Shown piece by piece: positions 27,166 through 35,400 of a stretch of 43,223 nucleotides of DNA. Numbering within the stretch: position 1 is the stretch's first letter; every line of letters begins with the position of its first letter. The stretch lies in contig JBHLRZ010000028.1 of assembly GCA_048882045.1 (NCBI GenBank), forward strand, positions 1-43,223. Reading direction: 5' to 3'. The notes under the pieces are model-generated. The model did no database searches. It had not been told where the DNA came from and worked only from the letters and a program-made list of their open reading frames with translations. The translations under genes were made by a program, and so were the position numbers. The DNA is from Candidatus Thorarchaeota archaeon. Its GTDB lineage: Archaea; Asgardarchaeota; Thorarchaeia; Thorarchaeales; Thorarchaeaceae.

Positions 27166-28512
27166 ATGGACGAGAAACACATCCGAATCCTGAAGGATCT
27201 TGGTTTCGATTTGGATCAAAAGAATATGACCAATGACTATTGGAAGAAGAGAGGCGCAGAGGCACTTGCCATTACGACACAAGATCGTGATGTCTATGGA
27301 TGCCTTGACCACACAGTTGGTGAAGGGGTAAGGATCTTCGACATAGAAGGAACTGAGTACATCGATGTCACTGGCGGAGTAGCTGTAAGGGCATTTGGAC
27401 TCAGATACAAACCTTACATTCAGTTTGAAGAGAGCATTCTTGATGTTGTAAAAGAGCTTCCAGGGATGGACTTTGACGCAATCCCTCAAACGTTGCTTGC
27501 TGAACGTGTTGCAGGAATAACACCTGGTACCCACAAGAAACGTGTTGTTTTTACCACCTCTGGTAGTAGAGCTGTCGAAGGATGCATGAAGTCCGCAATG
27601 GACTTGTCTGGAAAGCGTAGGTTTGTTTCCTTCAGACCTGCATTTCATGGAAGGACAGGTTATTCCCTTGCTTTGACATCCTCAAATGCAAAACACAAGA
27701 ATGGTTTTCCACAGGGAGTAGATGTCATCCGAGTCTTCTATCCCTATTGCTATCGCTGTCCTTATAATGCGAATGTTGATGATTGCAGCTTGGAGTGTGT
27801 TGAGGCTCTTCGATACGCTCTACAGGTCGAAGGGAACGACATTGCAGCTACCGTGATGGAACCAATTTCTGGAGAAGGTGGTTTTCTTGTTCCTCCTGCA
27901 AAAGCTGTTCAAGGATTCTATGAACTAACCAAAGAGTTTGGTGCTTACTTCATGTCTGATGAAGTACAAGCTGGAATGGGTCGAACAGGTAAATGGCTCG
28001 CTATTGAGAACCATGGTGTTGTTCCTGATTACGTATCAATGGGTAAAGCACTTGGAGGTGGCTACCCCATGGGGGCTTCTGTAGGTCCCTCACCAATGTT
28101 TACTGGTGGTGCACGACACTCTGAAACCTTCTCAGCAGAACCGAAAATGTCTCTCCTGTCACTCTGGATCTTGAAGCATATGGAAGATGGCAACTATCTC
28201 AAGAAGAATGCAGAGAAGGGGGTCCATCTCTTGAAACGGTTTGATGAACTGAAAGACAAGTATGAGGTTGTCGGTGATGCTCGTGGAATTGGTCTAATGG
28301 CCGGCATCGAATTTGTCAAGGATAAGAAGTCCAAAGAAAAGGCACCCAAGCTGCGCGACGATATTCAGAAGAATGCGGTCAATAAACAAAAACTCTGGCT
28401 ACTTGGGTGTGGTCAGAATGTCATACGATTCATTCCTAGTTACGTCATTACGATGGAACAGATTGATGATGCTGTGGACAGATTGGATAAGGCAATATCC
28501 GAATGCATCTGA
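27166..28512 (+). CDS. Class III PLP-dependent aminotransferase (GabT/ArgD/lysine- or ornithine-aminotransferase-like)
   Basis: DIEGTEYID; SGSRAVE; AFHGRT; EPISGEGG; DEVQAGMGRTG; PLP-lysine in MGKALGGG; ETF; RGIGLM; IRFIP. Confidence 0.93.
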   Translation: MDEKHIRILKDLGFDLDQKNMTNDYWKKRGAEALAITTQDRDVYGCLDHTVGEGVRIFDIEGTEYIDVTGGVAVRAFGLRYKPYIQFEESILDVVKELPGMDFDAIPQTLLAERVAGITPGTHKKRVVFTTSGSRAVEGCMKSAMDLSGKRRFVSFRPAFHGRTGYSLALTSSNAKHKNGFPQGVDVIRVFYPYCYRCPYNANVDDCSLECVEALRYALQVEGNDIAATVMEPISGEGGFLVPPAKAVQGFYELTKEFGAYFMSDEVQAGMGRTGKWLAIENHGVVPDYVSMGKALGGGYPMGASVGPSPMFTGGARHSETFSAEPKMSLLSLWILKHMEDGNYLKKNAEKGVHLLKRFDELKDKYEVVGDARGIGLMAGIEFVKDKKSKEKAPKLRDDIQKNAVNKQKLWLLGCGQNVIRFIPSYVITMEQIDDAVDRLDKAISECI

Positions 28513-28529
28513 ATCTAAAAAGAAGATAA

Positions 28530-28576
28530 TGGATTGCTTAACACCAATTCCATTTGAGTTGATATTAAGCAATCCA
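28530..28576 (-). terminator. Long stem-loop plus U-tract (intrinsic-terminator-like) at a convergent junction
   Basis: TGGATTGCTTAACACCAATTC-cattt-GAGTTGATATTAAGCAATCCA: 21-bp stem with the outer 12 bp perfect. On the minus transcript two of three mismatches become G-U pairs and UUAUCUUCUUUUU follows. Confidence 0.7.
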
Positions 28577-28579
28577 AAG

Positions 28580-28909
28580 TCACAGTAACAGTAGAATCGA
28601 ACCAAGGATTACGAGTACGCCGCCAATGCGAGCACCGAACAGGTACATCAAGATACCCATAATCAATACGATTAGCCACTTGTTGCTAAACTCAAGTGCA
28701 CTAATCTTCAAGGAACCACTATTAACCAGGGCAATCAATGAGAACAAGATTGCCAAGATTCCTATAATGAGGTTGCCCAGACCAAAGTCACCGAGTCCCG
28801 GTAATATGACGAAGGGCATTCCTGCGACCAATAGGATCCCTTGGATCAGCCCAATCAGACCTCCAAGTAGAATCAATAGGTCTCCAAGTTTCTTTGCATC
28901 AGAAGCCAT
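28580..28909 (-). CDS. Small 4-TM membrane protein
   Basis: Four Gly-rich hydrophobic helices (LLGGLIGLIQG...GGVLVILGSILLLL); GGAGA SD upstream. Confidence 0.8.
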   Translation of the reverse strand: MASDAKKLGDLLILLGGLIGLIQGILLVAGMPFVILPGLGDFGLGNLIIGILAILFSLIALVNSGSLKISALEFSNKWLIVLIMGILMYLFGARIGGVLVILGSILLLL

Positions 28910-29034
28910 TTTGGATCTTTCTCCATCTATGCGATTATGCCCACAATAGGCCTGTCGTCCAAGAAAGAACTCGTATATAATCTATTAGTAATGTTAACAA
29001 TAATTATACATCTGGATATTGCTAGGTCTTTTCA

Positions 29035-30339
29035 ATGATATCTCGCTCTCAGAACTCAATGAGCGACACAATTGAGGTTCTGGGAGACCTTGACACAAGT
29101 TTCAACATTCCCCATGGCGGTAGTATACTCATCATCAGCAATGATCAATCATTTCTGACTCACGGAATTCACAAGTTCCCTGCGAAGTTCTTTCCCGAAC
29201 TCCCTCGCTATCTCATCAGAAAGTACTCGGAAAAAGGAGATAGTGTTTTAGATCCGATGTGCGGTAGTGGGACTGCTATACTTGAAGCAATTTTGAATGA
29301 TCGAATAGGCATTGGGATTGACATCGATCCAATTGCCCGTCTGATTTCAAAAGTCAAGACTACTCCAATCGATCCTATTTCACTCAAACTTGCATCAGAC
29401 TCGCTTATTGACCAGATTCAGAGGGTTGTACATGATGAGTCACATGAATTCAGTATCCCTGATTTTAACTACCGGGACAACTGGTTTAGACCATTTGTTC
29501 TGCACGAACTAGCGATAATACTTGACAGTATCAACAAGGTTCAGACTAACCAGCCTGAGAGGAAAGAGATTGGTGATTTCTTTAGAGTTGTGATGTCCTC
29601 CATAATTAGAGATGTGTCCAATGCTGACTCCCATTGTACTAGGACCGTTCTTAGGAAGAAAGTTGTCAAGAAGATTGAACCTGGTGATACAATCTCAAAA
29701 TTCGAGCAGATGCTGGCTCGACAACAAGTTGCCATGAAGGAATTTACAAACATTGCCGACACACTTGAGATTGGACATGTTCGACTTCCTGAGGGAACTG
29801 CCCTAAACACGAATCTTGAGGATTATTCAATAGATCTAGCGGTGACATCACCACCCTACATTAACGCTGTCGACTATACTCGAACCCATCAACTAGAGAT
29901 GTACTGGCTTGGACTTCTCAATAATAGTCCCCTCTCACATGTCAAGAGAAAGTACATCGGAACTGAAACAGTCTACAAAAAGGAATACGACCACCTTAGA
30001 ACAACAGGGTACGAAACTTTGGATCCAATTCTCGAACAGATATTCGAGAGCGACCCAAGAAGGTCCTACATTGTTTACAAGTTCTTTGAGGACATGGAAA
30101 ATCAGTTGAAAGAGATGATGAGGGTCCTGAAACCTGGAAGTCGATATTGTGTTGCCATTGGAAATAACCTCATCCGAGGTATAGAAGTCAGATCTGACCT
30201 AATTCTCTCAGAGATTGCTACATCTTGTATCGGATTTGAGCTTGAAACTACGTTTTTCTCGAAGTTGATTCGACACTTCATCAGAATTCCTCGCCCCGAA
30301 CGTATGGTTGGAGAATGGATTCTGGTTTTCAAGAAATAG
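29035..30339 (+). CDS. DNA methyltransferase, N4-C (or N6-A), alpha-type motif order; no adjacent endonuclease
   Basis: Motif X THGIHKFPAKFFP; motif I VLDPMCGSGT; GIDIDP; central TRD; motif IV VTSPPY; RVLKPG; IGNN. Confidence 0.88.
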   Translation: MISRSQNSMSDTIEVLGDLDTSFNIPHGGSILIISNDQSFLTHGIHKFPAKFFPELPRYLIRKYSEKGDSVLDPMCGSGTAILEAILNDRIGIGIDIDPIARLISKVKTTPIDPISLKLASDSLIDQIQRVVHDESHEFSIPDFNYRDNWFRPFVLHELAIILDSINKVQTNQPERKEIGDFFRVVMSSIIRDVSNADSHCTRTVLRKKVVKKIEPGDTISKFEQMLARQQVAMKEFTNIADTLEIGHVRLPEGTALNTNLEDYSIDLAVTSPPYINAVDYTRTHQLEMYWLGLLNNSPLSHVKRKYIGTETVYKKEYDHLRTTGYETLDPILEQIFESDPRRSYIVYKFFEDMENQLKEMMRVLKPGSRYCVAIGNNLIRGIEVRSDLILSEIATSCIGFELETTFFSKLIRHFIRIPRPERMVGEWILVFKK

Positions 30340-30354
30340 CGTCTTCAGATACGG

Positions 30355-30395
30355 TCAATAAATGTTAATATATATAGATATATCATATTAAAACA
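30355..30395. promoter_or_regulatory. AT-rich promoter region upstream of the GTPase-like gene
   Basis: AATGTTAATATATATAGATATATCATATTAAAACA: TATA-like, partly self-complementary, 30-60 nt upstream of GTG 30422. Confidence 0.45.
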
Positions 30396-30421
30396 CTGAG
30401 GAATTCGAGGATGTTCAGCTA

Positions 30422-31633
30422 GTGCAGTTTCCGCGAACCAATATTAAGGTAGAACTCAAGACTACTGGCATATATCTTAGAGACCCCGTCACAACACGCA
30501 GATTAAGGATCATTGGTAAATCGTTCAGAGAAGTAATGGAGGAAGTCCAGCGATTTATCTATATTCGAGGTTTCAAAGTTCCTCCAGGAATTGTTAAATT
30601 TATACTAAAGAGAGTGGGACTGCCTGAAGTTGACCGGATTGTTGAAGAGTATGAGCTGACAGATGATGATATTGCTGAGCTCACAAGGACCCTCGAGGTT
30701 ATAGATGCTTTGAAGACCCTTGACGATTTGGAGGACACGTTACTTCTCGACTCACCGGAACCTGTTGATTTGATCTCAGACATTCCTGCTCCGCAAAAAA
30801 TGAGTATATGGGACATCCCCATTGACGAAGAAATCGAGAACATGGTCTATTCATTCCATCCTGAGCATCTACAAACAAGCGTTCCCACACCACGAACGCA
30901 AACAGCTGATGACGAACAACAAGTGAGGTTCATTTGGGATCTTCCTGAGGATGCAACAACAATTGAGGCCGCTCTTGGAGATGAGCAACCATCTTCTACA
31001 GTTGTATCTGACTTCCACGAACTGAAAGCTTTGTTCTTGGGTGAGGATGGAGTTGGAGTCAATAGTATACTTTTCGAGAGTAACCTGAAACTTGGGAATG
31101 ACTATAGCTCTCTCAACCTGCCTCCTACTGAACCACACACATTCAGTAACATCGTTCAGGATAATGGAGAAAATGTTCGAGTTGTTGCTTGGACGTTTGA
31201 GAAGACTATGGGAGCAAAAGTACCTAGGATCGAATTCTACTCTGGTTCAGGGATTGTAGTACTTGTCTATTCAGTTGCTGAAAGGTGGAGCTTCGATAGT
31301 CTTGATTTCTGGATTCGAGAGGTCTCCAATACCTTCCTTATTCCCCCACCGATAATAATAGTCGGAAATAAGACAGACCTCCGTGATCATCCGGTCTTTG
31401 ATGAAGATGATGATATGGATGTTCCTGTTTCAACAGAAGAGGGTCGTGAATACTGTAACCGGGTTTCCGAAAATGTAGGAGAAAATGGAAAGTTTCATCC
31501 AGTGTTTTTCATAGAAACTTCCACCATAACAGGTCAGGGGATCGCTGCTCTGTTGAACAAAATAGTAGACTTGTGGCAAAGCAATGAAAGACCGAGTATG
31601 CCAGCGACCGAAGAGTATGCTCCCAAACTTTAG
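30422..31633 (+). CDS. Ras/Rab-superfamily small-GTPase-domain protein with N-terminal extension and degenerate G1/G3
   Basis: LKALFLGEDGVGVNS (G1); VVAWTFE (G3 position); FYSGSGIVVLVYSV...SFDSLDFWIREV; PIIIVGNKTDLR (G4); VSTEEG; FIETSTITGQGI (G5). Confidence 0.85.
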   Translation: MQFPRTNIKVELKTTGIYLRDPVTTRRLRIIGKSFREVMEEVQRFIYIRGFKVPPGIVKFILKRVGLPEVDRIVEEYELTDDDIAELTRTLEVIDALKTLDDLEDTLLLDSPEPVDLISDIPAPQKMSIWDIPIDEEIENMVYSFHPEHLQTSVPTPRTQTADDEQQVRFIWDLPEDATTIEAALGDEQPSSTVVSDFHELKALFLGEDGVGVNSILFESNLKLGNDYSSLNLPPTEPHTFSNIVQDNGENVRVVAWTFEKTMGAKVPRIEFYSGSGIVVLVYSVAERWSFDSLDFWIREVSNTFLIPPPIIIVGNKTDLRDHPVFDEDDDMDVPVSTEEGREYCNRVSENVGENGKFHPVFFIETSTITGQGIAALLNKIVDLWQSNERPSMPATEEYAPKL

Positions 31634-31708
31634 AGCCTTATTATAGACCAGTTCTATCAGGACGTCGGTAGGTCAAATGTATAACTAAACAGACTCCTCA
31701 CATACTGA

Positions 31709-32365
31709 CTACATCAGGAACTGCTGAATGATTGTCACAACTTGCATAAGCACTCGAAGTGTCTTAGTCACATCTCCTTCGATTTCCAGACTGTGGTTCG
31801 CGCCCTCGACTACTACTCCACTCAACAATGTAGTTGCATTCAAACGATCGATGATGTCACTGTCATATTGGTCGTCCTTAGTCCCTATGACCAATACTGC
31901 ATCCTTCATGTAGGAGAGCATCTGCTCCATAAGCTCGGGATTCTTGATCAATGGAGTTAGCCAGATAGTTTTCGCATCCCTATATTCTTCATAAGTTTCT
32001 AGAATGTGTCCAATTGCAATTGTACCCAGTGACTTTCCTACCAGACATGCAACCTCTTGTTCAGCAACTTCAGTTACTATCCTCAGTGCTGCTTCAACAT
32101 CTCTGATCATCCAGTCAGCCTTTGCTCGTAATGGTTGTTCCATGAATTCAGGAATAGTTGAATAGTCGTAATCAACTGTGAGTAAGTTTAGTCCGCTGGC
32201 AAGAATTGCTTCAATTGAATAATGTAACAGTGGCATCGATGTGTTATATGACAACCCTGGAAAAACGAGTGCAACTTTTTCGGTTTCAGTAAACTGTTTG
32301 TAGTAACTGTTCCTTATGTTTCGGCCACGATATCCCTTAATATCCAAGACTTCTCTGGAAACCAT
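31709..32365 (-). CDS. Alpha/beta hydrolase
   Basis: FPGLSY oxyanion loop; GKSLG nucleophile elbow; WLTPL; IGTKD acid; GANHSL His. Confidence 0.88.
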   Translation of the reverse strand: MVSREVLDIKGYRGRNIRNSYYKQFTETEKVALVFPGLSYNTSMPLLHYSIEAILASGLNLLTVDYDYSTIPEFMEQPLRAKADWMIRDVEAALRIVTEVAEQEVACLVGKSLGTIAIGHILETYEEYRDAKTIWLTPLIKNPELMEQMLSYMKDAVLVIGTKDDQYDSDIIDRLNATTLLSGVVVEGANHSLEIEGDVTKTLRVLMQVVTIIQQFLM

Positions 32366-32449
32366 TTTCCATTCTACTCCACTACACGGTTTTTTCTATG
32401 ATGCCAAAGCATATCAATAAATCCAGTAGGCAGGACATAACATCAAGAA

Positions 32450-35400
32450 CTACTTCTTATCCAAATCCGCGTCGATGCTCTTCAAGAGATCCTCAATGAG
32501 GGCACTAGGAAGATTTCTTGCCTGTTCAATAATTGAATCAATCTCTTCTGGTGGTAAGCCTCTTTGTTCAAGTTGATTACGAAGATCATCAATCTCGAAT
32601 TCACTAAGTCTGTCCTCAAACTCAACTTCATCAACTGGTATCTCAAGATCAGCTTCCTCAATTGATTTCAGAAATTCTTCGATTCTCTTCTTTGGAGCTG
32701 TTTCTGCTTCTTTCATAATAGATACAATTTCTTCTTCGGGTACCTTCTTCCGAACCAATTCTGCATGTAAATCCTCGAGTTCTTCCTTCGAGAGCTTATC
32801 AACTCTCTTTCTGCGTTTCTTCTTCGCTGGTTTTTCAGGTTCCTTGAAGAATTCCAAAGCAAGTTCGCGAGGAAGACTCTTTGCTTGTTTGAGGATTTCC
32901 TCCATCTCTCGTTCACTAGCCTTTCGTTTAATTAGCTCAGATCGTAACCTCTCGAGTTCATCCTCAGAAAGGTGTTCAGTAACATCTTTGACTGGTTCTG
33001 CTTTCTCTCTAGGCTTGAAGCTCTGAAGAAGCATCTCGACGACATCCTTTGGTAGGTCTCTGGCCTGAGTGATAAATGACTCAATTTCATGGGAGGGAAT
33101 CCCGCGACTTTCAAGCTCTTCAGCCATTGCCTGCAATTCCAACTCTCTTAATTGCTGTTCGAAATCTAATCCTTCTTCTTTTGCTGTCTCTGAAATGTCT
33201 TCATCTTCTTCAGCAACAGCATAGATGTCTGGTTTGACAACAGTTGTAGAATCACCAATTCTACTCCTCCTCTCTGCTACAACCTCTTCCATTACCTGTT
33301 CAACAGATTTGTTTTGTATACGTGCAACTCTAATGGCTTCCTGCCCAATTACCTCTCTGACAAAGCTTGTTTGCTGACTCATCTTCATCTTTGATATCTC
33401 GAATTTGAATTCATCAAGTTCCTGCTGAGTCATTTCAGTGAGTATAGAGAGGTCGATGACTAATTCATCTATCTCAGGAACCTCAATGATGATTGATTCT
33501 CCCGGCATCGTCACGGGCTTTCTTTTAACACCTATCTCTTCATTTAATTCATTAAACAAGGCGGCTATAAGTTCCTGTCTTGATGCAACTGACTTCGCTG
33601 GTTTGGGCACTCGGCCTCTTCGCAACTGCCGAACTTGGCCACTGATGATTCTAATAATCTTTGGAACCCTTAGAATGCGTACCCAAACTACTGCGAAAAG
33701 AATCAAGAAGAGAGTAAATGCTCCTCCGTACGTAATCATATTCTGTAATGCGATGTCATCAGGGGAAGGACTCACTGGAACGCTAAAACTCACCTCTTTG
33801 GCGGCGTAGTAAGTCTTGTTGAAATTAATTGTCACCTCTGCAGAGCCATGAACACTGTATGCGGTAACTCTGAATTGGTAATATCCTGGACGACTGACAT
33901 CAGGACCAAGGTACTCAACAATAACAAATTCTGGGTTTCGATTATCAATTATGATTGTTGCATCAGTGATACCCTCTCCAGTGTGTCCAGGCCAGGAATC
34001 TGAGTAATGAATCCAAAAAGTTGTGTTCATTCCCCAGTGAAGCGGCATTACTGAAGGTCCGTCTATCTCAAGACTTGTTTGAATCTCGATAATACTGACT
34101 TCGAAATCAAATACTGCTGTTGTATAATTATCAAGCATGAAGAGGATGTGATATGAAATAGTTGTATATAATTCCCAGTCAAGTGTACTGAAGACAAAGG
34201 AATAATTGCCATTTCCATGGTTAATCAAGATGAGAAATTCTTCATAAACTCCAGGTCCAGAATAGAAAGAGTTGTTCGACAAAGCATCAGGAATTCCTAT
34301 GGCACTATTTGTATCATTGTAAAGTAGAGTTATTGAAAGTACATCTCCATAGGGGACTTGTAGATTAGTCCATGAATCACCTACTTGATATAGCGTGGGG
34401 AGAAGAATCGCGATTTTAGTAGGAACCGGGGCGATATGAATTCTAATTGTTATTTCTACATCATCGTAGTTTGCCTTTTGGAATGCCACTGTGATTGTAT
34501 AAGTTCCAGGTCTAAGACTTGCTGTATTTATTGGAATGCCATAGAGACCGTTTCCTAGATAGTAGCTACTTCCTGATCCGCCAGCCCATGAGAATACAGC
34601 AGACTCAGCTTGAATACCTTGTGCATGATGCGCGTCATAGTAGGTAACATTTACCAGTCCAGACCATCCCCAAACAAATTCTGGTGAACCAGATGACAAA
34701 ATGGATGCCTCTAGATTTCTCACAAATATCACTGTTGAATTATCTGCTCTCTCATAATCAGAATTGGGTGGATTTGCAGATATCAAGAATGTATGTAGAG
34801 CAGCAATACCTTGGCTAGTATTAAAGTCAAAGTAGTAATATCCAGAACCACCAATCAGTACCCCGTTCACAAGTGTTCCATTTGAGCCAAGTTCCGGTGA
34901 ATTCCATGTAACAACTAGACCATCTAATCCTGTCGAGTATGGGTTTGATGCGTTTAGAGCTGGAGCAAGAACGTAAACTCCAATTCTGACGATATCCGAC
35001 CAATAGAAGGAGGTATACTCATATGTTGCTGTGACATTGTCAAGCAATAGCACCATCTGTATTTTTGATATTGCCATAATCAATGTTGTCGATGCATTAC
35101 CATAGTTGTGCTTTGATGCCTCTAGATGAATCTGATAACTTCCAAAACCTGCAGTCCCTGTGGGTACTAGAAGTCTGTAATGTCCTGGATTCCCTGGAAT
35201 CTCTATCAGAGTTAGATTAGTGCTATAGTCCCATCTTGCAGAAATGCTAGCTTCAGGCACAGGACTCGCATCAATAGAATCCTCTAGGGAAACAATTACT
35301 TCAGCAGTATCTCCATAGGATACGGTGAAGACATATCTGTTCTGCTCAGGTATGACCTCCATAGGTCTTGGGAGAAGTCTGAAGATCAATTGATAGGAAG

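Noticed and set aside
28990-30368. 8-bp direct repeat AATGTTAA flanking the MTase gene (possible target-site duplication)
   Set aside because: Short, AT-rich and located in promoter-like DNA; no transposase, integrase or terminal inverted repeats.
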